The notes: generated from the sequence alone by a model not told the origin. A stretch of 64,000 bases of DNA from Flaccisagitta enflata (GCA_965153355.1 OZ231126.1:42532001-42596000), one strand, 5' to 3'; counted from the first letter of the stretch, positions 42,567-60,472 are shown. A program made the numbers and translations.

Positions 42567-44378
42567 TAGCACGGGGGTTCATGGCAAAAAATGGTCAGAG
42601 CCTTTATGTTCAGGAGATCTGCGCACCATTTCATGGTATAATGCACCAAAAAAAATTTGGAGGTTGTCCGATGTCGGGAAGATGGCGCCGCCACCTCCCC
42701 CCCCACCCTGAGTAAAGTGGTGGTTGTGGTGGTACAAATCTTGTTGTTTAAGATCATTTTGCCCTTATAATTGGGCCACTTTGCCTCAGAAAAATGACAA
42801 AAAATCCAGGAGATTATAAAACTAAAGCTCAAGAGCTAACCAGTGGTGCAATCTGCATGTTTCTATCATAACCGGCCAAACCAGCCTACCACCAAACTAG
42901 CTTACCAGCCTAAAAGTGAAAAACATGCATAACTTTGGCATTTTTCAACGGATTTAGTTGAAACTTGGTATGTGGTCTCTGAATGGAAGGACTCAACATA
43001 TGTATTTGATTTGTTAAGATTTTAGCATGCTAACCAACCAAACCAGCCTACTACCCAACCAGCCTACCAGCCTTAAAGTGAAAAACCTGCATAACTTTGA
43101 CATTTTCCAACCAATTTGGATGAAACTTGGTATGTAGTCTCTAGATGCATGCTAACCGGCCTACCACCCAACCAACCTACCACCTTCAAAGTGATAATTG
43201 TGCATATCTTAAACAATATTCAATCAATTGGGCATTGTCAAACGGCGTTGTCAAATGGCGTTGTCGAACGAGTGGTTGAGGGGTAAGCTGCTTTGGTCGC
43301 ATACGTACATCATGTCATTTCATTTTGAGTCTGCATACCAAGTTTTTAGTTTTAACCAAATTGATGGAAAGTTGTTGAAGTTATGCTTACTTATCACTTT
43401 GAAGGCGGTAGGTCGGTTGGGTGGTAGGCCAGTTAGCATGCTAGAATCTTTATAAATAAAATTTATATGTTGAGTCCTTCCATCTGGAGACTACATACCA
43501 AGTTTCAACCAAATTGGTTAAAAAAAAACAAAGTTATGCAGGTTTTTTTTATTTTTAGGCTGGTAGGCTGGTTGGGTGGTAGGCCGGTTTGGTCAGTTAG
43601 CATGCTAAAATCTTAACAAATCAAATACATATGATGAGTCCTTCCATTTTGAGGCTTTATACTAAGTTTTAACCAAATCAATTGAAAAATTACAAAGTTA
43701 TGCACGTTTTTCACTTTTAGGCTGGTAGGCTGGTTGGGTGGTAGTCTGGTTTGGCCGGTTAGCATGTTAAAATCTATATGAATTGAATTCATATGTCGAG
43801 TCCTTCCATTCAGAGACTACATACCAAGTTTCAACCAAATCAATTGAAAAATGCCAAAGTTATGCATGTTTTTCACTTTTAAGCTGGTAGGCTGGTTGGG
43901 TGGTAGGCCGGTTTGGCCGGTTAGCATGCTAAAATCTTTATAAATCGAATTCATATGTGGAGTCCTTCCAGTCAGGGACCACATACTAAATTTCAACGAA
44001 AACAGTTGAAAAATGTCAAAGTTATGCACGTTTTTCACTTTTAGGCTTGTAGGCTTGTTGGGTGGTAGGCTGGTTTGGCTGGTTATGATAGTAACATGTA
44101 GATTGCACCACTGGTTAGCTCTTGAGCGCTAATTTTATAATCTCATGGATTGATTGTCATTTTTCTAAGGCAAAGTGGCCCAATTCTGAAGTCAAAATGA
44201 CCTTAAACAACAAGATTTGTTCCATCACCATCATTTTATTAAGGGGGGGGGTGGCGGCGCCATCTTCCCGACATCGGACGACCTCCAAATTTTTTTTGGT
44301 GCAATATACCATGAAATGGTGCGCACAGCTCCTGAACATAAAGGCTCTGACCATTCTTTGCCATGATCCCCCGTGCTA
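42567..44378. mobile_element. Foldback-shaped hAT-like element (1.8 kb)
   Basis: TAGCACGGGGG... and ...CCCCCGTGCTA begin TIRs of ~300 bp that continue into inverted ~160-bp repeat arrays; perfect 8-bp TSD TTCTCCAA; empty site at ~5575-5585. Confidence 0.88.
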
Positions 44379-44862
44379 TTCTCCAATTCCCATTGAATAA
44401 CAGGGGAAAATGACATAATGCGAACTTCCCATTAAAAAACAACAATTCACCCCTGTGTCCTACAGGACCTAGGCCTTTTGGGGCCGCTGCCCTGCTCTCA
44501 CTCCACTTCTTCAGCTGATCACTCCAAGCAGGACATCGGGTACCGCTGACCATGGGCGATCCTTGGATGACTTGTTTTTTTCATGTGATTGTTGGGAAAA
44601 ATGTAAGGGGGGGGGGGAAATCTGAATCGAAATTCAAAGATGGACTGTATCACAACGACAAGATAAGACAGCAAAACGTTTCAATCAGTCCTCAAGGCTG
44701 AAGCAGAATCTTGAAATGCATCAGAAATACATTCTTCCTTCATCTAGAATATCTGATAATCTGTTTGATAGTTAGCGTTTACATGATTGTTTCAAGAAAA
44801 TATCATTTTATCATAGTGTCATTCAGTAGAGACGGCATACAGCATATAGCATACACAGCATA

Positions 44863-45282
44863 CTTTTTTTCTTATATAAGAGACAGCTTTTTTGAACTCA
44901 GCCTGGGTGTTCTTAAATTTTTGTCTGTTTTCAGCCTGAATTTCTCTTAAAGTGTTCTTAATTTGTTCGATGTTCATAAATGTCTAAATTGTAAAAAAAT
45001 ACCTTCTTTAGAGACCTATATGATAATTGTTATATTTTTTTAAATATAATGCCTGATTTCATAGACAAACTAAGAAAAGTAGTTATTTTTAAAGATAAAC
45101 GACCTATATTTCTGAAAATTTTGAATTAAATTCATTTTTTAGATAAGAAACTTGAATAGAATTGTTTACGGAAAAGGCCGAAGCTGAATCTCAGCCTGGG
45201 CATTCTCTTATTTTGTTCTTAAAATTTCGGCGAATCTCAGGCTCATGTCTCTTATAAACTGGTCTCTTATAAAAAGAAAGGG
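44863..45282. mobile_element. TA-TSD MITE (Tc1/mariner-like, 420 bp)
   Basis: Imperfect TIRs CTTTTTTTCTTATATAAGAGAC and GTCTCTTATAAAAAGAAAGGG; TA duplicated relative to the empty site at ~70. Confidence 0.75.
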
Positions 45283-45376
45283 TATAGCAGTATCTCCCCT
45301 CAAACAATATCTTGAACTGCCTATCGGTTGCAAATTATGTTTACCGCATCAATATTCCACGCAAGCTCTCGGAAGG

Positions 45377-45426
<50 letters not shown>

Positions 45427-45795
45427 CAGAGAGAGACTAAGTTTGTGTTGATCTGAAACAGTTATGCACCACGTCTAAGAGTGCACAAAGAGTGAACACC
45501 TGCGGAAGCCTAATGTAAAAAGCCATTATCCATCCATATTTAACAATCTTCTGTTTTACATTGAAATACTGATTTAATTTGTAAGTGTCGAAGTAAACCG
45601 TTTGTTTCGATAGAAAAAACAACAAAATTTGCCAACTTTGACTTGCCGTTTTAAATTCAGAGTGGTGAAGGTATCTGAGTATGCTGATTTTATATGTGAT
45701 AATTTTCTCTTCCAATTTTTCAAACAAAATCGTGCACTAAAAGAACGATAGGCAGATAGACCGTTAGACAGACAGACAAACAGGCAAACATAAAA

Positions 45796-45852
<57 letters not shown>

Positions 45853-46500
45853 AAGACTGATAGAGAGACTGACAGACCGACAGGTAAGCAGAGACATAGA
45901 AAAGGCGATGGCGCGAAGTTAACTAAGCATCGGCCGCGATTAATCCCCTTCTGATTTTCCCGTCTTCTAGATCTCGATATAATCGCGGCCTCAGAAAACG
46001 GGTAAAAAGGAGGATTTACTCTCTATTTCTCATTCGATCTACGAGCTCTCAATTTTCCTCGCTTTTCCCTTTCATCTCCTTTCCTTCTTTCCTTTTTGCC
46101 CCTTCATATTTGTTTAAATTTTTTTTCCTTCGTCTTTTTCTTTCTTCTCTTCTTTATTGCTTGAGTGGTTTCATTCAAAAATTCACTGTTCACTGGCTAC
46201 GGCTGTGGCTATTTAATTCTAAACAATTCACTCATCAAGCCCTTTGGGTCGCCGCGCTAATACTCAACATTCAACATTCAACACTCAACTTCTAACACTC
46301 AACACTCAGCACTCTGCACTCAGCACTCAGCACTCAACAAACAGCACTAGGCACTCAGCACTCAACATACAGTACTAAGCACTCAGCACTCAGCACTCAA
46401 CATACAGTACCAGTAAAGGCGGCTCTTGCCGACCGGAAAAAAATCGTAAGATTGATTTTGTTTTTTCAGTTTTTTCTCTTTTTTCATTACATTTACGTGT

Positions 46501-46704
<204 letters not shown>

Positions 46705-47097
46705 GTCTGTATTTTTTTTCTCTCTCCCTCCCCCTCCCTCTCCCTTCCTCTCCCTCCCTTTCTCTCCCTCCCTCTCTCGTCCTCTCCCTCTCTCTCCCTC
46801 TCTCACCCTCTCTCTTCCCCTCTCTCCCTCTCCCCCTCCCCTCCTCCCTCTCCCCTCCTCTCTCCCTCCCCCTCCCTCCCTCTTTCCTTCCCCCTTTCTC
46901 CCTCTCTCTCTCCCTCTCTTTCCCTCTCTCACCCTCTTCCCCTCTCTCCCTCCCTCTCTCCCTCCCTCTCTCATTCCCTCTTTCTCTCCCTCCCTCTCTC
47001 CCTCTTTCACTCCATCCCTCCCTTCCTCCCTCTTGCCTTCCCTCCCTCCCTCCTTCCCCCTCTTCCTTTCTCTTTCCCTCCCTCTTTCTCTCCATCC

Positions 47098-47543
47098 TTT
47101 TGGGCAGCGGCTAAAGGGCCGATGTCCTGTGGGACTGAGGGTGAACCATTGTGCGTCTGTCCGTGCGATACGTACGTCCCCGGGCCCCTTTCAGGCCCCA
47201 AATTAGCCCTCTGAAGCCCAAAATCAGCCCACTCAGGCCAAAAATCAGTCCTCTGAGGCCCAAAATTAGCTCCCCCTCGGCCCCTCTCAGGCCCCAAATT
47301 AGCCCTCTCAAGCCCAAAATCAGCGCACTCAGGCCAAAAATCAGTCGTTTGAGGCCTAAAATTAGCTCTTCAAGGCCCTTATTCAGCCTTGTCAGGACAG
47401 ACATACGTAATGATTCACCCCTGTGTCCTACAGGACATCGGCCCTTTGGGGCCGCTGCCCTGCTCTCACACCACTTCTTCAGCTATCACTCCAAGCAGGG
47501 CATCGGGTACCGCTGACCATGTGCAATCCTTGGATGACTTGTT
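47098..47543 (+). mobile_element. Family 2 interspersed element with long asymmetric inverted repeats and 21-bp tandem core (HINE-like); other copies ~47865-48387, 51457-51970 (-), 58974-60012, 42433-44580
   Basis: TTTTGGGCAGCGGC..AAAGGGCCGATGTCCTG ... CAGGACATCGGCCCTTTGGGGCCGCTGCCC, then a ~85-bp tail ending GACTTGTT; T-rich flanks. Confidence 0.65.
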
Positions 47544-48426
47544 CTCTCTTCCTCTCTCCCTCCCTCTCTTCTTCCCTTTTACTCCCCCTCTCCCTCCCTC
47601 CCTTTCCCTCCCACCCCCTCCCTTTCCCTCCCTCTTTCTCCCCCTCCCTCCCTCCCTCCCTCCCTCCCTCCCTACCTCTCTCCCTCCTTCCCCCTGTTTC
47701 CCTCTCTCTCCCTCCTACCCCCCTCTCCCTTTATCATTCCCTTTCCCTCCCCCTCTCCCCCTTTCCCCCCTTCCCTTTCCCTACCCCTATTCCTCCTTCT
47801 CCCTCTCCCTCCCTCCAAGTCTGCCTCATTCCCTCCCTCCCTCCTTCCCTCTCTTCCTCTCCTTTTTGGGCAGCGGCCCCAAAGGGCCGATGTCCTGTAG
47901 AACTCAGGGGGGAATTTCCATACGTCCGTCCGTCAAGTCCCCCCCCTGTTGGCTATCAAGGCCTCAAATTTGCCCTCCCGGCCCTAAATTTAGCCCTCCA
48001 GGCCTCAAATCAGCCTTCTAGGCTTCAAATCAGCCCCCCCCCGCCTCAAATCTGACCTACAGACCTCAGATCTGCCCTCCAGACCTTCAATTAGGCCTCC
48101 AAGCATCAAATCAGCCCTCTGTGGCTCAAATTTGCCCTCCAAACCTCAAATCCACTCTCAAAGCCTCAATTCTGCCCTCCAGCCTTCTGTTATGCCTTCT
48201 TTGGCCTGAATCAGTAATCTATTGCCAGAAATATGCCTCCTCAGGACGTATGGAAATTCCTCCCTGTGTTCTACAGGACATCGGCCCTTTGGGGCCGCTG
48301 CCCTGCTCTCACTCCACTTCTTCACTGGATCACTCCCAGCAGGGCATCGGGTACCGCTGACCATGTGCGATCCTTGGATGACTAGTTTCCATCTCCCTCC
48401 CTCCATCTCCCTCCCTCTCTCCCTAT

Positions 48427-48733
48427 TAGGGTGGTCCCGGATTGGGTCAAATTTCATATATTGATATACTTGAGCCCTTTGCTCAAATGTCCAATAAAAG
48501 AAGGATTTCTCACAAGATGGGGTATGAAATCAAACAAGAAACCTTGTCGGCAAAACCATAGGCTTGCTATGGGGATGTTTTTATTGCCATGGGAAGCCTG
48601 TAGTTTTGCCGCCATGGTTTAATCTTCAAATTCAGACCTCTACTTGTGGGAAAACCTTGTTATCTGATACATTTATGCAAAAAACTAGAGTATATCATTT
48701 TTTGAAATTTGACCCTATTTCGTGACCACCCTA
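48427..48733. mobile_element. hAT-like MITE (307 bp)
   Basis: TIRs TAGGGTGGTC..GGGTCAAATTTC and GAAATTTGACCC..GACCACCCTA; perfect 8-bp TSD CTCCCTAT. Confidence 0.88.
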
Positions 48734-49976
48734 CTCCCTATTCCTCCCTCTCGCTCGCTCCCTCCCTCTCCTCATTCCCTCCCCCTCCCTCCTTCTCCCT
48801 CCCTCCCTCTGCCCTCTGCTGAACTGATTTTTGTTGTTACGTAGTGCCAAAAATTGAGATCAATGAAAAATATCGATCTTTGAGAAATATGCGGAAAATG
48901 TGAGAAAATAAAAAAAGATCATAGCGCCTAAAGTATTGATCCGACAGTGCCCTGCTTTTTTCCAGAAGGTGTAAAAAAGTGCCCTCTTTCACCCTGTACT
49001 AATTTCAACCCCAGCCTCAGGCGAGCCTAGTCGTGACCCAACTTGCCCAAAACGCCCCAAGCGAAAATGGAAAAAATTAATTCCTAAGCGAAACTCAAAA
49101 AATCGAAAAACGTTTTTCGATTTTTTTCCCAACTAAGCACTCAGCACTGAGCACTCAGCACTCAGCACTCAGCACTCAGCACTCAGCACTCAACATACAG
49201 TACTAAGCACTCAGCACTCAGCACTCGGCATTCAGCACTCAGCACTCAACATACAGTACTAAGCACTCATCACTCAGCACTCAGCACTCAGCACTCAGGA
49301 CTCAACATACAGCACTAAACACTCAGCACTCAGCACTCAACAAACAGCACTAAGCACTCAGCACTCAGCACTCAGCACTCAGCACTCAGCACTTGAGAAT
49401 CAGCCCTCATCTGTCAACCCCAAACTAGAGCCTTGCCAAGTTTTATGACGCTGCGTCGCGTCCAATCATCCGTCAACCGTCAACGTTCGAAAACTTTTCT
49501 TTTGTTCCTTTTTTTTTTCAAACAAAATGGTTTGTCACTTTCCGATTTTTCTTTTTTACTTCTTTTCCCAACCCCCAACCCCCACCCCCACCACCCCAAC
49601 TTCTTTCCACTTCAGTTCTCATCCGCCACGCAACTTAAACAGAGGTCCTAGTTCGTATTAAAGTTTGACAACATCAGTGATTCACTACTTGATCTAAGTG
49701 AAGGATGAAAGTTTTTGAAACTGTCAATGGTCATTGATCCCTCGTGAGTATGACGGGTCATCCATCCCATCTTTCCTATAATGTTTAGCCAAACATATCC
49801 ACTAAATCTTAGTTTTGTGTCCTTACCACGAAGGGTTTTTTTTGAAATTGTATAACTTGTTTTTGTTGTTTGTCTTTTTAGTTACGGACACGCAACTTAA
49901 TAAGAGGCTTTGTCCATCAGTCGGTCTGTCGGTCCATCAGTCTGTCCGTCCGTGGTTTTATAACACATGAGTCGAA

Positions 49977-50124
<148 letters not shown>

Positions 50125-50393
50125 AGGGGAGTGTTGAGGGAATGTTGTGGTGTGGATGGGAGTTGGATGCCCTTGCCCACCCGTCCGCAACGATATTGTG
50201 ACCCCGCGTCACTTGTTCCTTTGTTTCTTCCTTCTATCTCTAATCTACGCGTTAAGGAGGTTGCGAGGGGGAGGGGGTCTACTTTTGTCTTTTGTTTTGA
50301 AGGTCATAAAAAGTGTCAGGAGGCTGCGCGACCTGCGGTGTCATAACGATCCAACGATCCAACAACGTGTCAGGACTGAAACCCAGGATTTCT

Positions 50394-50970
50394 TTTATAG
50401 TCGCGTTCACGCGACTTTACAACCCGCTTTGTCCGCAAGTCGGTCGGTCGGTCGGTTGGTCGGTTGGTCACACTTTACTTTTTTTATCACTTTTATTTCT
50501 CTAAGTCATTTTTGTTCATTCTAAGTCATTTTAAGTCAGTTTAAGTCATTTTATGTCATTCTAAGTCATTATCGTAATTTTAGTCCTTTACATCATTTTA
50601 AGTTATTCTAAGTCATTTTAAGTCATTCTAAGTCTTTTTAAGTCATTCTCAGTCATTTCAAGTCATTCTTAGTCATTTTAAGTCAATCTAAGTCATTTTG
50701 AGTCATTCCAAGTCGTTCTAAATCATTTTAAGTAATTTTAAGTCAATATTGTCATTCTAAGTCAATTTAAGTCATTCTAAGACAATTTAAGTCTCCTAAG
50801 TCATTTCTATTCATTCTGAGTCATTCTATGTCATTTGAAATCATTTTAAGTCGTTCTTAATCATTATAAGTCATTTTAAGTCATTACTGTTAGTTTAGTC
50901 ACTATAGTCCTTCACATCTATTTAAGAAAATACTTATGTCCCGCACGTGACTTTTAGGCGTTGGCCTTTT
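50394..50970 (+). mobile_element. HINE-like family 1 copy with expanded AAGTCATTYT array (more copies at ~15608, 32643, 52883, 53129, 54025)
   Basis: tagtcgcgttcacgcgact ... gcacgtgactt...ggcctt. Confidence 0.72.
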
Positions 50971-52187
50971 TTTGTTTTGTTTTTTTTTTGGGGGGGGGGG
51001 GGCGGGACGTTGGCAAAAGACGCAGAGAGGTTGATAAGGTAAAATGTGTTTCAAGGTACGTGTGATCACCCTAAAACAAAACTTCAATATACCCACGAGT
51101 AAACAAATAAACAAATTAAAGTAAAACTTTTAGCGCAGGAGAGGTTGTCAGTTGGCCGTTGCCAATTAAGACGTACTAAGATTACCGAAAAAAAAATATG
51201 TCAACCATGGCCGCGTGAGGCTGGGCTGGGGCAGTTATGTGGAAGGCCCATCAGGCACTTTCGCAGGAGTGTTGACGTGAAAAATGCTCTAGATTTTCAA
51301 ATGTGACTGATATGATGGGCGGGCCAACGGGCAGGCGGGCCAACGTATAAAAAATAGCTCATAGAGTCGTGTGACACGGGACTAAATAGAATTTTTTATG
51401 ACCGGCGTAGACAGGTGAAGCAAAAAAAAAAAAAAAAAAAAACAAACAAACAAAAAAGACCAGGTCGCCCAAGGGCAATATGTGGTCAGCGATACCCGTT
51501 GCCCTGCTTTGCATAGTTGTAAATCGGAATGAGAGGAAGCAGGGCAGCGGCCCCGAAGGGGACAAAGTCCTGTAGAACATAGGGGGACTTTTGTTTGTCC
51601 GTCCATCCATCAGTCCCCCCCCAGGCCCTCTCAGGCCTGAAATCTGCCCTCTCAGGCCTGAAATCTGCCCTCTTAGGCTTGAAATCTGCCTTCTCAGGCC
51701 ATGAATCTGCAAGGGCACATTTAAGGCCTGAGAGGACAGGTTTCAGGCCTGAGAAAGCGGATTTCAGGCCTGAGAGGGCAGATTCAAGGCCTGGGAGGGC
51801 AGATTTTAAGCCTGAGAGGGCAGATTCCAAGCCTGAGAGGGCAGATTTCAGGCCTGAGAGGGCAGATTTCAGGCCTGAGAGGGCCTGGGGGGGACTAAAG
51901 GACGAACGGACGAACAAAAGTCCCCCTGTGTTCTACAGGACTTTGTCCCCTTCGCGGCCGCTGCCCAAAAAGGGAATAGAAAAAAAATGGTTGAACATTT
52001 CGTCAATGACGCACGTGCGAGAGTCGTCAAATGGCCCCGAATCACCAACGCACCACAAGAACACAAAGAAAACAAGGCCAAAGAAGGGCCAATATACGTG
52101 TCCCCCGCTGATAATGAATGTACGAATGAACATTTCTATAAACAAACGCTTTTTATGATGGAACATTTTAAATGAACACTTAGAAAA

Positions 52188-52615
52188 AATGAATGAATAA
52201 ATAAATGAATGAATGAATGAATGAATGAATGAATGAATGAATGAATGAATGAATGAATGAATGAATGAAGGAAGAAAGGAATGAATGAATGAATGAATGA
52301 ATGAATGAATGAATGAAGGAATGAATGAATGAATGAATGAATGAAGGAATGAATGAATGAATGAATGAATGAATGAATGAATGAATGAACAAATGAATGA
52401 ATGAATGAATGAATGAATGAATGAATGAATGAATGAATGAATGAATGAACGAATGAACAAATGAATTAATGAATGAATGAATGAATGAATGAATGAATGA
52501 ATGAATGAATGAATGAATGAATGAATGAATGAATGAATGAATGAATGAATGAATGAATATATGAATGAATGAATGAATGAATGAATAAATGAATGAATGA
52601 ATGAATGATTATATG
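52188..52615. repeat. (GAAT)n microsatellite
   Basis: Direct reading. Confidence 0.95.
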
Positions 52616-54336
52616 AATAAAGTAGTAATACATACTTCTTGTGGAACGGGAAAGTGATTAAGATATCAAGAACTAAATGGTGCTCAACGGTAACAAATGG
52701 TGTTATATTCGTTAGCAATAGTAGCGACAGGAACATACAAAAGCATCACACGATCAATGACAGGAAATTTAGCGAATGATAGTTACAACGAATCATAAAT
52801 ATAGAAAAGAAGTAAGAGAGAAACGAATACAGGCTGCCATTCCCGAATGAAAATCAGAAAGGCATGATCCAACGCTATACTGAACAAGGCCGGATACACG
52901 GCTACCCCAGTCGCATGCGGGTGGGCAGGGGCCATAATTGAGGTCAGTAGAATATTTGGGCAGGAGCAATAAGGCCAAAACCCCCATAAACGCCAAAAAA
53001 GTAAAGTGTGACAGACCAACGGACCGACGGACGGACCAACAAAGCGGGGTGTACAGTCGCGTAGCACGCAACTAAAAATCCATCGATTGAGGCGCTAGAT
53101 TCATACAGGAGTAACTGATGTTATGTAGAACAAGGCCAACACCTTACAGTCGCGTGCGGTTGGTAAGACCATAAAAATAAAAGACTAAAAGACCAAAAGA
53201 CTAAAACACTAAATGTAAAATGACTTAAAACGACTTTAAATAACTTAAAATGACGTAAAATGACGAAAAAAAGCTAAGCGTTACGGACAGACGCACCGAC
53301 GGACAGAGTGGGTCATAGAGTTGCGTGAACGCGACTAAAAAAAAACTCAGGAGGATGGCTTATGAGTAATGAGGGGGAAATGGGGTGAGGGGAGGGGAGT
53401 TGGTAAGAGGAAGGGTTGGTGGAGTGGCATACTCGTGAAGTGGTCATGGTACGTTTGTTAACAACTCTCTTTTGTATCCTGAGACATTTCTCCTTCTGAA
53501 ACCGCACCGGCCAAAATGAAAAAGGAGATTCGTCCCCTCGGCACGAAAAACAGGAGGGACCATCATCGCGATAATCTCAAACAGGACCGCGGGTCAAAGT
53601 TTCATTTCCTTTCCAAACCATCGACCGGCCCTCGGAGACAGTTTACCACTTCATTTCCTCAACACTTCTCCTTTTCGTTGTCCCTTTTCGTCTTTGTTCT
53701 TCTTTTCTTCTTTTTTTTATCTTCTCTTCCTTATATCTCTTTTTTTTTCTTTCTCTTTTTCTCTTTTTTTTCATTTTCATTTTCTTCTTCTTTTTTTCAT
53801 TTTCTTTTCTTTTCTTTTTTCATTTTCTGTTTCCTTCTTTCTTCTTCTTTTTCTTTTTCTTTTTCTTTTTCTTTTTCTTTTTCTTTTTCTTTTTCTGTTT
53901 TTTTTCTTTTTCTTTTTTGTTTTCTTTTTGGTCTCATTCCAGTCGGACATTGAGTCCCTTTTTACGCGTTCCGGTTCATCAGAGAAAGAAAATGGTATTT
54001 CCCACCGGCAGTTTTTCGATGCTGTTTTTTTTAGTCGCGTGCTACAGGGTGTTTCACGCGTATTGACCGATTAAGAATCGACATAACCGTCGGTCCGACC
54101 GCCGTCCATCGGTCAAATCCAACTTGAGGTTTTTGGGGGTTTTGGCCTCACCGCTCCTGCCCAAATGATCTGGTGACCTCAACTATGGCCCTGCCCACCC
54201 GCACAAGACTGGGTAGCCGTGTATCCGGCCTTGTTCTTTTGCGAGACAAAACAAGAGAACAGAATATTGTATAGTAGTAACTCAATTTTCTACAAATTCT
54301 GCTTACAGAAGCTGTTTTTGCTTCTTTTTTTTTCTC

Positions 54337-54445
<109 letters not shown>

Positions 54446-54594
54446 TTTTTTCCCCGAAACTAGCCTTTTTCAAAAACCGTGCCCCCAAGTTATTATTTCA
54501 AACGCGAATTCTTCTTCGACACATTAGACGTTTCTTATTTCATTTTATTCCATACCTGATAAATTTTCGAATTTTCGTTCTCTCTCTGTCTTTC

Positions 54595-54666
<72 letters not shown>

Positions 54667-55477
54667 ATTTTTTTTTCTTGGCTCTGTTATCGTCGCATAT
54701 TCCTGCATTTCTTTTTTCTCCTCCCTTTTTTTTTCTTTCGTTTCGCCAATAACCATTTTTCATCCACTATTTCATCGCTCTTTCTTCTCTTCCTTTTTTC
54801 TTTTCTTTTTTATTCAGCAAGACCCGAATTTCCAATTTTGTTTTCCTTTTCCCCATAATTCATCATTTGTATAACTGAGACAACTGAGATCGACACCGCC
54901 CCCCTCCCCCGCAGGTCGTTATCCATACGGGTTTCTGTGTATATTTTCAAAATCTAGATATCTGAGTCTGTTTGTTTCTTCCTGCCTGTTAGGAACCATC
55001 TTTCTGTCTATGTCTCTCCGACTTTGCACCGCTTCTGTCTCTCTCCGTATCTATTTTTATTTGCTTCTCTCTCGGTTCTGTTGCCATCTGTTGCCATCTG
55101 ATTCTCTCTCTCTCTCTCTCTGGTTCTTTACTTATTGCATGGTTTATGTTAGCTGCGAATGGATGAGGGGAGCTTAGAGCGGAGGCGAGGAAAAACTAAG
55201 TGATAATGAGAACTCAATATTTCTCCGTTCTTCCCGCGTTCGCTAATGGTCGTTGCCAAAAACAACAACAAACAATAATAAAAACAACAACAACAAATAA
55301 CAAAACAAAAAATAAATAAATAACAACAACAAATAACAATAACAATAAAAACAATAAACAACAATAAACAACAACAACAACAATAACATCAACAACAATA
55401 ACAAATAAATAAATAACAACAATAAATAAACAAATAACAACAAACAAACAACAATAACCACAACCACAACCACAACC

Positions 55478-55531
<54 letters not shown>

Positions 55532-56122
55532 GAAACGATTACAACAACAAAGATAACAACATTGATATAAATGCAAAAGAAAACGGAGCTTCGATATAGC
55601 GCACTCGCTTTTAAGGCAAGCCCGCCTGAAATACATACAATTTGATGCCCCTCAAAGATTATGTAGTTACATTTCATCATTGGCAATAAAGCGACGTCAT
55701 AAGGCAAAATTTTGTCCAGTCCCTTGTCAATGTCACTAGACTGCATGACGAATCGTCGTAGTAATACCGAAGATACTGCCAATCCATTTGGTCTGTTGCG
55801 CTTATCAATTGCTTCCTAAATCTTTAAGATAATCGAAAACACTCATGTTCAATCTCCAAACATTACCTAAATCCCGAAATATTTCCTCGATTCAATACCA
55901 GACACTCCCTCAATTCCAATCACCATCCCATCCCACATGCTTCCTGATACCCAAACGCTCCCTGATACCCAAACGCTCCCTGAAACCCAAACGCCCCCTA
56001 AAGCTTTATTTCCGTCATTCACACGCTTCCACAATTCAACTCCCTAAACTGTGGGAGGAAGTTGGTTATTGGCTGGCGATGCTGTGAGTAAAAATGAGTT
56101 GAGTGAAAATAATCATTACATC

Positions 56123-58735
<2,613 letters not shown>

Positions 58736-60365
58736 GAACGCACAGAGATAGACAGACAGAACTAGGAATAGATGTCCATTAGAGTAGCCTCCACCCATGC
58801 AGGTTGTAACACCCATTTACGAGTTAAAAAAGCATCATTGCATTGGTGTCTTGACTGACTGTTTATTGCAAAAAAAGTGCATATTTGTCTCATACCAGGA
58901 AGCTCAAACTCGATTTGTGTCTGGGGTGTTACCCAAATTTTCGTCTTCAATTCGATGGGGACAAGTTTTGGCCTTTTGGGCAGCGGTCCTGGAGGGGCCA
59001 ATGACCTATGATACCATACAGGGAAAATTTTTCTGTTATCGTTCCCCCCCTGAGGCCTAAAATCAAGCCTCAAATCAGCCTTCTCAGGCCTGAGATTAGC
59101 CATTTCAGGCCCTCTCAAGTCTGAAATTGACCCTCCCAGGCCGGATATCAGCCATCACAGGCCTATGACAAGTCCTCTCAGGCCTTATATTAACCCTCCC
59201 GGACCTCAAACTAGCCATCCCCAGTTCTGTCATCCACTCCCCGGCCCCCCCCCCCAGACAAATCAAATCAAGCCTCGAATCAGCCTTCTCAGGCCTAAGA
59301 TTGGCCCTTTCAGGCCCTCTCAGTACTAAAATTGACCCTCTTAGGCCTGAAATCAGCCATCGCAAACCAAAAATAAACCCTCTCAGGACTCAAATTGACC
59401 CTCCCGGGCTTCAAATTTGCCATCCCCAATCTCCAATAAGCTCTTTCAGGCCTCAAAGTGACCCTCACAAGCCTCAAAATTGACGCTCTCAGGCCTCATC
59501 TCAGCCATCCTTGGCCTAAAACAAGCCCTCTTAGGCCTCAATTTGACCCTCCAAAGCCTCAAATTAGATCCTACAGACCTTAAATTGACCCTACCCGGGC
59601 CTCAAATTAGCCATATTAAGTCTCAAATATGCTCGTTCAGGCCTCAAATTGACCCTCCAAAGCCTCAAAATTGACCCTCTTAGGCCTCAACTCAGGCATG
59701 TCAGGCCTCAAATTGACCCTCCCCAGCCTCAAATTAGGCCCTAAATTGAGCCTCCTTAGCCATCCCAAGCCTCATATAAACTCTTTCAGGCCTTAAATTG
59801 ACTCTCCTGGCCCCTCTCTCAGGCCTCAAGCCAGCCCTCACATGCCTCAAGCCAGCCTCCTCAGTTCTCAAATCAGACCCCTAAAACGTTGAATCATAAG
59901 TCATCGGCCCCTCTGGAGCCGCTGCCCCATGTACTTAGACAACCTGAGCTGATGAATAGAATAAATGGGGCATCGGGTACCGCTGACCATATGACGCTTG
60001 AGCGATCTGTTTTGGGTAATAAAGCCACTTAGTGAAGCAGAATCAAAGTCGAGGGGCGAGGGCAAATCTTTGGGCCTCGCAAGGGACTTTTACCATTTAT
60101 TTTGGTATGACGACCAACCATCAGTAAGTTCCCAGAAACAGACATCCGAACTTCTCGAATACCATTGTTCAAAACCAATTCGTTTCTTAATCAATATCAT
60201 ATCAAATATGATTGAATAATAAATTACTACACCATCCGGTCCGCTGTCGTTTCTACCACTTTACGTACCTCGCTGTTATGGTTTGTTCATATCCGCTTGT
60301 TACTGCAACAATCATAACAACATAAACAACAAATAATGATGAACCCCTCCCCCTCAAACAAACAT

Positions 60366-60472
<107 letters not shown>

